From Mesotaenium endlicherianum (Eukaryota), in the NCBI GenBank assembly GCA_009602735.1, contig WELA01001020.1, forward strand, positions 57,392 to 121,391: a stretch of 64,000 bases of DNA, read 5' to 3'. The notes under the pieces were generated by a model, which saw nothing but the letters and a program-made list of their open reading frames with translations, did not search any database and was not told where the DNA came from. Every line of letters begins with the position of its first letter. Position 1 is the stretch's first letter. This document shows positions 38,297 to 51,003 of the stretch, piece by piece. The translations under genes and the position numbers were made by a program.

Positions 38297-40625
38297 CCCT
38301 TGCTTTTCATGTGCTCGCCCTTTTGCAGCAATTGCAGCACTGTGGGTAGAGTCAGCAGGAGGAGCATGATGTATTGTCCTTTTCCCTGTCGAGTGAATGT
38401 TGTGCCGCCATCTGGAGGTGAGACCTCAGATGTTTTACTCTCGAGTAAAAAGTTTTCATTTTCCGATGATGGTACACGATCAACTTTTGGCATTGAAATT
38501 TCAGGTCTTGTGGGGTGCTTCTCATTTCAGTCATAGCTACTTCATAGTGTTTCTTTAGGAGCTTATATGCTACACACAAATGCATGTGGGCGACCTATCA
38601 TTCATGTAGTGCATGTAGTAGAAATGGCAAAACTGTATCACTAATAATGCACTTAGTTCTGAGTTAGCAACCATTCATCTTTGCTGCAAGTACTTGAAGA
38701 CCAGAGACCACCAAATATTAGTGTGCTTGAAGCAACAAATTCGTTAATATTCTTAACACCCGTAAGTGCACTCCTCCCTGGGGCTGCACACTACAGTATG
38801 CTGTACAGCTGGTGCTCTCAACATCAATACAACTCAATAAGTGCATGCTTAATACCCATTTTATTTGTTTGAATGATCGAGCGCAAGGTTGAAAATTCCT
38901 CATGCCTACGTGGAGTACAAATACGGGAACGCCACTAGATACATGTCAACTATCCCCATGTATGTGGAACTTTGAAGTTTATAATCTTCAAAAAAAAAAG
39001 AGACAAGTGCAATCAAATTTTCAACGTTTTGATGCGCGTGCACTACTCACTACATTCCCCTCAATCGTACAATGTTGACTCCAACAAAAACATCTCCCCT
39101 TTTTTATAGGGCCACGTAGTTTCAGAATCGATAAGCCAAGTATACTGGACTTAGTACAGAGGATGGAGTGGCATAAAATGTCAAAATCTGTGCCATCATG
39201 TGCCAAGAATTCAGAGGCCATACAAGATTATACACGTATACAGGCCATCATAACCATGACATGGGACCTAATTTTCCCACACCTTCACTACTTGCAGCAT
39301 ACGCGCTATGCCTACTTATTCTGCACATTTTGTAACTGTAACTAATCAATATAATGACCAGGAGGAAACTCTCACGTAGGGCTTCTACATAAACTACCAA
39401 AACTTAAGAGTACACAAAACGTTGGCTTCACACCTATGAACAGACAGCACGTCTGGTTTGCAGGACCGGGAGCGCCGCTCTGTCCTCAACCCAATGGGAA
39501 CTCACAACGTGATGGTACCTTGTAACTCTACCTACTCTAATGCGGCCGTGGGGGATAGGTGCAGGTGGCGGCCTCGCACAAGTCCGTGACCGTTGCTTAT
39601 GATACAGGGCCAGGGGTCATCCTGGCACACGGAATGCCACTTTAAAGCCGTCGCCCACTCAACCCCCCNGTCGTCATTTTGTGACATGTCACGTTTGGAC
39701 AAGTCTGCACACGCACATAACTTCCAGCATGATCACCGGTGCCAAGCAGGGGTGGATAGACTCAGCGCTAGGAAGTGCAGACAGTCACCAACCGTGGAGC
39801 CCAATAAACCAAGGCATCACTGATGCTACTGATGAAACCGGCTACCTCAGCAGCGCAGGCTACAAACTGAGCTGGCAAGCTTTGACCACCTCCAACCAAC
39901 GCATGCAGCACGTGTCGCCACAACCAGGAGTACCACAACCAACCACACACCTGCCAGCTGCAGGCACCACAGCCCACAGGGAAGCAGGTCTGCATGGGAA
40001 AATGGCCCATGCATCAATCTACGCGAGCTTGCAAGCAGGGCCGCCAGCCACAGGGAACTGGCAATCCTGGCTCACACCTGACCCTGCCGGTTCAGCAACA
40101 AGAAGAGCAAGGTGTTCTCGAGACATGTTTGCTCACCTGAGAGCACCCAATTGTTGGCACGCTTTCAGACTCAGTAGCAGCTTCGAGAAACCGCGAGAGG
40201 CAGCGGGGGGGGGGGCATGGCCTGGCTCAGAGTGCCAGCGCCAGCGCCGGTGCCAGTGCCAGTGCCGCCCCCTCCGTTGCCCTCCTCTCCCTCCATGTTG
40301 CTTCCGTCGTAGACCGACAGGAACAAGCGCTGCACCACCCAGAGTTGCACCCAGTCTGCTCAAATCAGCCGCTTTCACATAGACAGTAGCTACATTGCCA
40401 GTGGCTGACAGCCCCATAGGCCCCCACAGTGTGCCCCATATGCAATGAGGGCCGCATACAACAGAGAGAGGCCTGCAATGAGGAAATACACAAGGCCTTG
40501 AAGAATGCTGCCTGCAACTTGTGGCAAAGCAAAACGGCCCCACAGCTGGGGGGAGAGGGAAGGGAGGGAGGATGAGAGGGAGAGAGGGAGAGGGAGGGAG
40601 GGAGGGAGGGAGGGATTGCTCTCAC

Positions 40626-43600
40626 GTGTTCTTCAAAGTCGGGGCTAGCAAGGTTGATGGACAAGTTCCGCATCAGCAACAGCACCTGCACGACAAGCCA
40701 ATGCCAGAACAAATTAGTCCAGCCTCTGCATCAACCTCTTGCCTCCAATGTGAAGCACGCCTGGAATGAATCCAGGGACCAAAGCGACAGGCCAGGCAAG
40801 GACGGCCCCATGTGCCCCCGCAGCATGCAGCCTTTCCCCGCAGCCCTGCATATCAACGACATCTTCTGATACCATGAGGCCAATGTCTGTCCCGTCTCTC
40901 ACCAGCCATGCAAAGAGGACTAGAAGCAGAAGAAGCAGAAGCAGAAGCAGCAGCAGCTGCCTCCAACACCCCAGACTTCTCGTACAAGCCCCCCCCTCCC
41001 CCTCCCTCCCGCCCACCGTGAGCGGTGAGCAAGGTTGTGGGGGGCACACCCACCGTCTCCTTGTCAAGCGTGGCCATGTCCTTGAGGCGCCGCAAGTGGC
41101 CTGACCCATTGGGGTCAAACACACTGCCAATGTAGTGGTACACCTTGGCAAAGTCCGGCGTTGCTGCAGGCAGCCCAGAGGCAGAGCTTCAGACAGAGAA
41201 GAGACCGCAACGTGCCAAGATAAATATAGACCAGCACAAGAGGACAACAATAGCAAGCCCGGGCATGTCTTCTTGGCTCCCTCTCATGTGCCCGTGCCCT
41301 CGCCATCATTCCAGGACTCCGCAAGGGAATCGGCGTGAGCTTGAGCTGCGTCAGCTTTCCGGTTCGATGTTTGTGAGGGCTGCAGCGCGCACGTGCCAGA
41401 TGTCCAAAGCCAGGAATATGGAGCATGGCCCCATTGCACAAGCTCGCACAATAAGCGGCCCGCACACGCACTCATGCCCAGAAGGCCGTTAGGCACGCCT
41501 GACACAAAGTGCGGTCGTGAGTCTTCTCATGCCCCAAATGCATGTCAGACATCGATATGGAGTGGAGGGGCATATAAGCAACACCTGCCATACCTCTGGT
41601 GCTGGTTGGCTCCGGCTTCAGGACTGCCATCTGCCCCATCTGCAGCCAGGGGGGAAGAGCAGGGGGGGCAAGCGACACCACTGAGTCAGTCAGCCACATT
41701 AGCACCAGCTCCAAAGAACACCCCCCCCCCCCCCCCCCCCNNCCCCCCCCCCCCCTCTCGCCCCCAAAAGCATGCGCACGCCTGCTTGCACGCACCTACG
41801 CACCTTGCCTGGTCACTCCACTCTCGCACAAAGTACAAATAAACACACACACTTTTTGATTCCAACCCATTCTCTGCTTACATTGATGCCCAACATACAA
41901 TTAGAACCTGAGCCAGACGCGTACCCGCTGTGCCCAGGGGGCCGGGTTGGAGGCATCGCCACTGCGGACATCACTCGGAAGCCCCTCCAGCAAATCCGCA
42001 CCAGCTGCTCCTATTAACACACGGGCCAGCAGGGGCTTGTTTATTGAGCCTGAAGACACGTCAACTACTTGGGTGACAGCCTCCCCTACAGCACAGCCTA
42101 CGAGTCCACATGCGCTGCACTGCACCTTTCTACACGTCTCCAGATACACGGCAGATGACATGAACCAGCAGTGCAGAGCACCAGCGACTGACCAACGCCA
42201 TGGACTCCCGTGTCTGCAAGCCGGGCGCAAGAAAGCAAATACTTCATGTAGGCTCCAACGCTGCACCTGCCACAATACAGCTTCTTACACGTGACAAGAG
42301 GGGTGAAGGGGACGACGGCACAACCGCACAGTGCTGCCCTACCTCCCTCCCACTCACGAAACATCACATACGCCGCCACAGACTGAGCACAGGCAAGATG
42401 AGTGACTTATGCTTACCCTTGGAGGCCGCGTACAGGGGGCCAGGCGGATGCACCGAATGATGCACCCACCCTGATACCGATGCCGGGGGCCCGTTGCCAG
42501 CGACCGCCGGCGCAGACGATGGAAGTTGCAAGGTTGGAGCGGTGTCACTCGGCGACGGCGCTGCGTACCCTCCTTTGGGCAAAGGCGGGGGTGGCAACAA
42601 TGCGGGGGCAATGCCTTCGCCTGGAAGGAACATATTGAGCACAGACCCCACAGTTAGAGTGAAGAGAGACCAGCAGCTGGATGATGCCGACGATGATCAG
42701 CCTCAGGCTACGCGCGGCCAATCGCAAGAAAAGGGAGGTGCCGACAAAGAAGCCCGAGAATTGGGACAAGTGGTACCCGGAGAGCAAATGAGCCTTCCGC
42801 CTGGTCCTCCGCCTGGTTACCCCTCAACGTTATGCACGCCCTGGCTGTCATGCACACCCTGCCTGTTACACTCACCCTGCCTGTTACGCTCACCCAGCCT
42901 GTTACGGCCACCCTGCTTTTGGGCATACCCCAACTGTCACCGATACCGTGCCTCTTACGCACACCCAGATTGGTTCGCACATCCTCCTCCTTTGAACTTT
43001 GAACATCACTAACCACTTTCACCACCACCCTGACAAAATCTGGCTCCTGCCTCGAGCTTTTACAGCAGTGCATGGCTTTCCTCTTCCCAGAACAAACAGA
43101 AAGCACAGCTTCTTGCCTAAAGAGGGACAAAATAAACAGAACCCCGGCATAGGGTGCTAAGCGGGAGTAACCTACCATACAGGCATCACCGGCCCACATA
43201 TCACCATAGTGCCCAAGTCCATGCCCAATATCTCTAGGAGCTATCCGCTAACCAACCTCCATGCCAACGTACAAAGTGGGAATGTGGAACCACAAAGAGC
43301 TTACAGAGGAAAATGCTTCCTTCAATCAAATGAGCCGTGATGCTCCTACTAGTACATCAACAAACAACTTGCTGACAGAAGTTCATCGTTAGAAACGTCG
43401 TAATGCACCCCGGGTGGCATCATCAAATATTTGACAATATGAGCCATCAATGCTGACATATGATATGGCGCACTCCATAGACCCCCTTGCAAGCCATGCA
43501 TTGTTGACCAGGCACATATGCACTATCCAAATCCATACCTGTTTTGGAGGTTGCTTTCTGTGGATACGGTTGTGCGGATTTCCTCTTCGGCCTTGGGGGG

Positions 43601-44321
43601 GGCACATGTTCTCCTGTTCCATTCTTTTGAACCTTCAAGAAATACTTTTGAGCATGACTGCGTATCTGCATGAGCATACGTAGTATGTGACAATCAATGG
43701 CTAAACATATGCTCAGTAGAGAACCCACGCAGCACATCACTCACACGCAATCCTAGAATGGACCCTTACAAGAAAGCTGCAAAACATCCCTGTGAGTGAG
43801 CAAGCCTGTCAACTACTGCATGGTTCAAGCATGCAGCTAACATAAAGGCAAAGTAAGCCTTCGCAATGACCAACTGCGTATAGCACCAGCCTCATATCAC
43901 CGTATTCTACAGGCATCCCTATTCAGCTATATGATGTGTCAAGACGAACCTGGATGACCGTTTTTGTTCCAATGAAGGCTTCAATCTTCTTCCAGTCTCG
44001 ATCAAACCTGCAACAGTATCATGTTCTCATTCATAAGACTCTGCTCATCGGGTGATGCATTCTGTCTCATCCGAATAATCCTCATTGACCCCACAATCGA
44101 AGGAATGATACCAAAGGAGAAGGAAATGCTTACAACTGAAGGGCCTCCAAAAATTTGTCATGCTCCTGTTCTGTCCAATTTTCTCGAGACTTAGTTATAG
44201 TGTAGGGCTTCCGTATCTTCTTTGAATCGTCTAACAGTTGCTGTGCGGTAGACATACTAGGCATGAGGGGAGCCACTGGAGCTAGAACCGCTAACATATT
44301 TTTAGGAGAAGAAACGTTCAT
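40626..44321 (-). CDS. RVE: Single-MYB SHAQKYF transcription factor of the REVEILLE/LCL clade (RVE4/6/8-like); last exon(s) unresolved
   Basis: Exons 44321-44134, 44007-43950, 43665-43539, 42620-42417, 42010-41925, 41639-41594, 41163-41054, 40685-40626. They are phase-consistent; the middle three rest on phase only. MYB domain: [65 protein letters not shown], then [11 protein letters not shown] domain: [16 protein letters not shown]...[25 protein letters not shown]. Confidence 0.92.
42855..42916. repeat. 18-bp minisatellite, about 3.5 copies, in RVE intron 3
   Basis: caccctgcctgttacact caccctgcctgttacgct cacccagcctgttacggc caccctgc. Confidence 0.8.
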
Positions 44322-44562
44322 GGGTGAACGTTCATCAGACAAATAAAACAACGGTATTTACTTGAACTTCAGCAACACAATCTAAGTCCAAATGTTATGT
44401 TCTTTCACTGACCGCCTAACTATCCAGCTTAATGCAGTAAGAAAATTAGGCTCCTCAATATCATGGATCATTCAACAGCCTATCAACCCTAACGCGAGCT
44501 TGCTATGCAATGGCTAACAGCAGCGTCGAGCGTCTTAGGCTTTTCTCCCTGAAACGACACGC

Positions 44563-44570
44563 AAATATCT
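44563..44570. promoter_or_regulatory. Evening-element core AAATATCT about 240 bp upstream of the RVE start codon
   Basis: Exact 8-mer match to the known CCA1/LHY/RVE binding motif. Single copy; function not shown. Confidence 0.3.
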
Positions 44571-45132
44571 GACGCGATCTGACGACCAACAGCAATTTCT
44601 TTCGCGTCAAAACGCGAGGTTGACGCTCAGTCAATACATAGTGAAGCTGCAGTCTTTCTGACGCTGACGACGACTGCCCACACTCAGGCGCTTGAAGAAT
44701 CAGGCCCCCGTGGACCCCCGTCCATTCCCCGTCCGCCTGACAACGTTCCCATAAAGCAATGATTTTAGCTAATTTTAGCGCCTTCCATGCTGCGCTGTCG
44801 TTGATGAGACTCTCATGCTGCTACAGATCGGCTAGATCGGTCCAGATGGCCCCGAACCACGCGAGCTTGCACTGCCCGTGAGCAGCTCGTGAGTACTAGG
44901 CAGCATTAGGTTTGATAACGCTGAACTGCGCTGAACTACGCTCTGCGGCAGCACTGCGAGACCATACGAGCCTCCAGCATTCGAGGACCACGTATGCTTG
45001 GTCTGATTGCTTACCTTTGTTGACGTTGGTTGACGTTAGTCGACGTCCCTTTTGAAGGCTTCCTCCCAGCTTCCTCCTACCTTACTCCACGTTTGCTTCG
45101 TTTCAGGCAATATCAGGCAAGGCTCAACTTTC

Positions 45133-46802
45133 GTGCCCTATCTGTGTCGATGTCCCATGAACGTCTGTATCTTGTCAACCTGGTCGGCCGGTGACGGTGC
45201 TCCTCGATCGTCGACCAAGTTGATCGATAAGTGTTAAATTCACATATGTTTCAGTAGATGGATACGTCTTGTTGACTCTTCTCCTTCGTTGACCTGGCTG
45301 GCAAATGCCAAGTTCTTTGGTTAGCAGGCGTAGTGTTCACACACCACGCTTACCTCCACCCTTCTCTTTCACAAAGTTCTTACTTGCAAAAAGTTTCAGG
45401 CGCCTTTTACTCCTCTTACTAATACAAAAGATACTACTTCCAAGCGGGCTCTTCGCTCTTGTTAGCGAATTCATAAGAATTGTAATTTGCGAAAAATGAT
45501 TGCAAGAAGTGCAAGAACAAACAGGATGCAGAGAAAGTTGTCTTTTTAAGCTTTTGCTTTACTTTTTTGGAATTACAAGCTTGCAAAACTTAAATACCTA
45601 AAGCGATCCATCGCAATTTGGCCGGAGCTTCTTTGCCGTTTGTCACACTCATTAGTCCTTCAATGTGAGTTTTTCTTTCTTAATTCTTCACCGAGAGCAC
45701 CATCTTAGCACTTGCTTCCTGAAAAAGGACTCTTGAGATTTTAATGTGACTAGCAACTCACCATCTTATGTGTGCTTTGCACACATACTGGGGCTCATAG
45801 TAGTTTTTTGTCCAGATCTACCAAACTTAACAAGCCAGGAGTCAAATCTTGCCTATGAACTCCTCAGTGCTAGCCATTCTCATTTTGGATTGCAAAAAGG
45901 AAAATGGACTTAAAAAACAAATACAAAATTGTGGCTCTCCGCCTCTCGTCGCCTTAAAGATGATGTTCTTGCCTTCGCGCTCTCTCGTCCTTCCTCCACT
46001 TTTGCGCAACATGTATTGCACTTTTGTGTGCAACTTCTTTTTTAGCACAACGTCACCTTGACTTAAAAAAGTTCCAACTCATGCCGTCGATCATTCTCAG
46101 ACATCCAGGATGGAGGCACGTATAGCTTGGTTGTCTCTTGAGACTCACTTCAGCTTCCATGGCAGCTCCCATGGTCTTAGTCACCGTGGCAGTTTTGGCG
46201 TGGTAGCCATGCCAGTGGGCCAAAAGCTTGACCTGAATGTCCAAGCCGTCTTTTTCAAGGTGCCCGGCGTATCGTGGTCGTCTCCAACCTGACAATTTGC
46301 AAGCCATAAATTGAGCTTGCTTGTCATCCCCACCCATCACAAGGTATCGGGTCTACTTGCTATACACGTCATGCATCTCGCATAACAAAGTCAAAGTATT
46401 CCTGTTCTACGTTCCACACGGATCAACCTTGTCAGATTAGCCTTCGTTAGTCTCTTGAAGTCAGTTGGAACTGATGTCGTACTCTGACTTGGCGTAAGTT
46501 CCGCTGCGCGTGTCAGATTGACCACGCTTGTCAGTCCCAACAGCTGTTGTGCCTATTTATGTCGATGTCTTATGAACGTGTGTTGGGTGTCTACATGTGT
46601 GCCGTAGACCTGGTGGACCATTGACGATGGCCCTTGCACGTGGATCATGGACCTGATTGATCGTTGAGGGTCAACTCCGTACGTGTGTCGGTGGATGAAC
46701 AGGTCTTAGTGACTCTGCTCCTTCGTTGGCCTAGCTAACAAATGCCAAGTTCTTTGGTTTTCAGCCTTAATGTTCACACACCATTCTTACCTCCAACCTC
46801 CT
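45133..46802. repeat. Diverged direct repeat pair (~45133-45365 and ~46549-46802)
   Basis: Collinear shared blocks: GTGCC..TGTCGATGTC..ATGAACGT, GACTCT.CTCCTTCGTTG.CCT.GCT..CAAATGCCAAGTTCTTTGGTT, TGTTCACACACCA..CTTACCTCCA. Confidence 0.8.
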
Positions 46803-46888
46803 TCATCGGAGGGTACTGTAAGATGCTAGATGAACAACAAAATGACGCCGTGGATGAATGGCGATCCTAAATAATGGAAGATGGTTGC

Positions 46889-47391
46889 TGTAGTGAAACA
46901 GATAGATAAAGTACTTAGTGAAATATAATATTTTATCTAATGAAGACAAGGATCTTTGAACACAAGTAGTAGCTTCTTGAAAGAGAGATGGCTTCTTGAA
47001 AGTTAACATATTTCTGGATTTTGACAAGTACAAGAGTGATTCTGGAATGTCTTTTTATATTCTAGCTCTTGTTTATATACTTGCTACATAAGTAATTTCT
47101 AGGAAGGTGTATGTTGATGTCTTGGCACCCAACACATCCCAAAACTTGCCACCTCTTTCTAGAATAATGTACACATGTCCTTTTGACCTTAAAATGGCAC
47201 ATTTGACTTTTGCCACGTGGAGTTCTTCTAGGTTTTTCCTCTAACTTCCAAAATGCCTTAGAAGGTTCAAAGGACATGAACCAAGTCACTAGAGTACCTA
47301 TTCACGCTTGAATCCACACAATACTACTCCAAATACATTTGAAAACATTAAAACGTATGCAAACTAATATATAATAACTCAAATCACTACA
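46889..47391 (-). repeat. 3' LTR (503 bp)
   Basis: Starts TGTAGTGAAACAG, ends AATCACTACA. The adjacent TTGCCCCCCC is the PPT on the minus strand. Matches 52300-52826. Confidence 0.95.
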
Positions 47392-47525
47392 TTGCCCCCC
47401 CGACAGAAAAAGCGACGTCTCGGCGCGTCAAGTAAGGTCTTACACATGTGGAGCAGACTAGTCAACAGCTTCAAGTCAGATGCCACACTTGTGAAGAGGA
47501 TTAGTCCAAGGCGCCAAGTCAGGTG

Positions 47526-50500
47526 CTACACATGTAAGGTAGACAACTTTCTCTGAACTTTGTCAAGGTAGTTCGCCGCCACCCAACAATTCTCCGAACC
47601 TGGATATCCTTTCCACTTGATCAAGTATTGCTGCTGTCTCCTGAAATTTCTCATAGCCACTATGTCTTCCACTTTGTACTCTAAATGATCATCCACTATT
47701 AATGGGGCTGGTGGGGTTGTCACACGTCCTGGGAACTTGTTGTCGAGTTGCACATATGGCTTGAAGAGGGAAGCGTGGAATACGGGGTCGATGTGCATAG
47801 TCTGGGGAAGTTCTAGCTTGAAAGCAACGGGGTTGACTTGCTGGATAATCTTGAAGGGTCCCAAATACTTGGGAGAGAACTTGCTGCCGGCAGGCCTATT
47901 GTTTAGAGAAGTATTCTTGGACGATAATAACACGTTGTCACCCACTCTGTACGTAATTTCTCTTCCGAACCTGTTTGCCACTCTTGCTTGAGCATCTTGC
48001 GCCTGTTGTAGAGCTTTCTTTGCTGCTGTAAGGGCTGCTTCTAATGTCTCCATAAAATCTGTTGCTGCAGGTACTTCATCATGGCCAGCGGTGAAGCTCG
48101 GCGGCGTGGTTGGATGGAAGCCATAGTTGAGGAAGAATGGGGACTCTTAGGTAGAGGCCTGCGTCGGGTTGTTGTAGGCAAACTCCAGGGGGGTCAAGTG
48201 CATGTCCCAATTTTGCTCCATAGTAGACACGTAGGCCTTTAGAGAGGTCTTTAGAGTACGATTCATACGCTCGATTTGCCCATCTGATTGCGAGTGGAAG
48301 GCAATGGACATATCCAGTGATGTACCCAAGTTCTTGAAGAGATTTTTCCAGAAATGACTTGTGAATCTTGGATCTCTATCCGACACAAATCTTGATGGTA
48401 GTCCATGGAGTCGGAAGATGTTGTCAAAGATGAGTCTTGCAAGTTGTGGTGCTGTAGCCTTAGTTGTCGTACGAATAAAATGAGTCATCTTGGTATGTCT
48501 GTCCACCACCGTGAGTATTGCATTATGGCCTCGAGGTGTCACGGGCAGGTCCACGATAAGGTCCATTGAGATGTCCGTCCATTGTCTTTCGGGGATTGGT
48601 AGTGGTTGGAGGAGTCCTCCCGCCTTTTGCGATGATGGCTTGATTCTTTGGCATGTGTCACAGCTCCTGCAGTACTCCTTGACTTGCTTAGACATGCCTG
48701 GCCAACAATGAGTCCTGGCTAGAACGCCCGTGGTCCTTAGGATTTCGAAGTGTCCTCCAAGAGGGTTGTCGTGTGCTTCTCGTAGAAGCAAGAGCCGGAG
48801 GTCTAAGTCATTAGGAACACATCTCTGGCCCGTATCTTGCCTCACCCAATAATTGCCTTCTAGCTTCTTGTATGGGTCCAAGGCTGCTTCTCCGTTCTTG
48901 TAGTAAGGGTCTCTTTCATAGGCGGCTGAAAATCGACCTTCCAGATNGATCTATCTTCAGGGATGTCATCACTGCGTTTAATTGCAGTCTTGAGAGGGGG
49001 TCAGCCGGGTTTGTCTTGCCGGGCTGGTACTGAATCGTGATGTTGTATTGTTGCAAGTATCCGCTCCATCTTGCTAGTCTCCTCGAGAGATACGGCTGCG
49101 TCTGGAGGTGCTTTAACGCCTCGTGGTCCGTGGTGACCAGTACTTTGCGTCCTTCAACGTAGCAGCGCCAAACCTTCAAGGCATGTACAATCGCCAATGC
49201 CTCTCGCTCCGTAGTTGTACAATTTTGCTCGGTTGGATTTAGCTTCCTTGACTCGTAGGCGATGGGCTGCAGTCCCTTGCCTTGGTCTTGAAGCAGGATT
49301 GCTCCTATTGCATAGGAAGATGCATCGGTGATGACGTGGAAGGGCCAATCTGGGTTTGGACTTGGGAGTGTGAGCACCGGGGATGTGGTCAATCTTCGCT
49401 TTAACTCTTGAAATGCCTCTTCCTCTTTCTCGGTCCATGTATATAGCCTGTCCTTCTTGAGTAGATCTGTCAGGGGGGCTGCTATGTGCGAGAAGCCTTG
49501 GATGAATTTTCTGTACCAATTGGCAAATCCCAAGAATGACTGGAGTTTTTTCTTGGTCGTGGGGGTTGGCCGTTCCTCCACCACCGTGGTCTTCTTGGGG
49601 TCTATCTTGATGCCATCAGCAGTCACGTGGAGACCTAGGAACTCCACTTCTTGTTTGGCAAACTCGCATTTTGACTCCTTCGCAAACAGCTTGTTTTGCT
49701 TCAATACTTCAAGGACTTCTTTCAAGTGTCTCGCATGCTCTTCAAGGGTCTTGCTGTAGATAAGGATGTCATCGATGAATACCACCACAAATCTGTCCAA
49801 CATGGGCTGAAATATGGTGTTCATCATAGTCATGAAAGTTGCTGGCGCGTTGGTGAGTCCAAATGGCAGGACCATGAACTCAAAATGTCCATATCTTGTC
49901 CTGAATGCCGTCTTCTCTATGTCCGGTTCTGCGATGCGAATCTGGTGGTAGCCGCTCCGTAAGTCAATCTTCGTGAAGTACTTGGCTCCAACCAGCCGGT
50001 CCATGAGCTCATCCATGCGCGGCAGCGGGTATCGATTCTTGATGGTGATCTTGTTGAGGGCGCGATAGTCCACACACATCCTCAAGGTACCATCTTTCTT
50101 CTTGACAAATAGCACCGGGGCTCCAAATGGCGACTTGCTAGGTCGAATGAAGCCATGCTCCAGTAGCTCCTTGATTTGCTTCTTGACTTCGTCTAGCTCC
50201 GTGTATGACATTTTGAACGTAGGCCGAGAGATGGGCTTGCTTCCGGGCTCCAACTCTATCTTGTGGTCTACGAATCTTTTGGGGGGTAGGCCCTTGGGCA
50301 ATTCCGGGGAGAACACTTCTTTGTAGTCCTCTAAGACTTCTTGTATCTCCTTGGGAACGGGGCTGCCTTCTTGACTCTCGATGTCTTTCTTGATGTCTTT
50401 TGGCGTGATCAAGGCCAAAAGAAGCTCGTGTCCCTTCCTCACAAGTCTCTTGAGTTGGAGGGCGGACAATAGTATCTCGTGTGCCGGCTTCTGGATGTCT

Positions 50501-51003
50501 TGGGTCTGGATATTCTGGATTGCGCGCAAAATACAGATTCTTGAAGTGATGTCATTCTTGATCTTGATAGTACCGGTCCTCCAATCAACTTGGGGGTTGT
50601 GCTTGGTCAACCAAGGCGTCCCTAGGATGACGTCGTACTTGCCCAATTGCATGGGGGAGAACACTACTCTATCCTTGAAGGACTTGATAGAGAGTGCCAA
50701 GGGGTACGTCTTCTTGGAAGGGGTAGTATAGGAGAATCCATCGGGCATCATAATCTCCTCGTCGTGGTCAAGAGTTCGCATAGTAATACCGTGCTTGGTG
50801 GCAAAATCTGCAGCAATGAAGTTGCCTTGAGCTCCGCTATCCACCAAGATGTGGACCTTCTCTCCTCCAAGGTAACCTCTCAAACTCATTGGGGCTGGAA
50901 CGTCGTCTTCAACGGGGGTCTCCACCTCACTTGGCGTGTTGCCTTCTCGTGAAGTGGGTCTTGGGGTGGTAGGCTCCTGGCCTACCGGCGCTGTCCGTTT
51001 TTT
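47526..51003 (-). pseudogene. pol: Retrotransposon pol (protease, RT, RNase H, integrase, chromodomain), disrupted
   Basis: Protease [46 protein letters not shown]. RNase H TDAS...EREALAI...TDH. Integrase H-H-C-C zinc finger and SMDLI...SDRDPRF...DGQIERMN. Chromodomain YKVEDI...YLIKWKGY...NCW. There is a frame break near the N at 48947 and an in-frame TAA at 48147-48149. Confidence 0.93.
50968..51003 (-). promoter_or_regulatory. Putative -1 programmed ribosomal frameshift signal at the gag/pol junction
   Basis: Slippery heptamer A AAA AAC in the gag frame (51003-50997), with pol in the -1 frame. A perfect 7-bp hairpin GGTAGGC-CAGGA-GCCTACC (50986-50968) follows and contains the gag stop codon. 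Confidence 0.8.

Noticed and set aside
39600..40600. Terminal exon(s) of the RVE gene
   Set aside because: Several acceptors are possible and no conserved motif lets me choose among them, so I left it unannotated.
42494..43012. Plus-strand 172-aa ORF overlapping RVE exon 4 and intron 3
   Set aside because: Starts at a non-ATG codon, is partly antisense to an exon and partly minisatellite, and has no recognisable homology.
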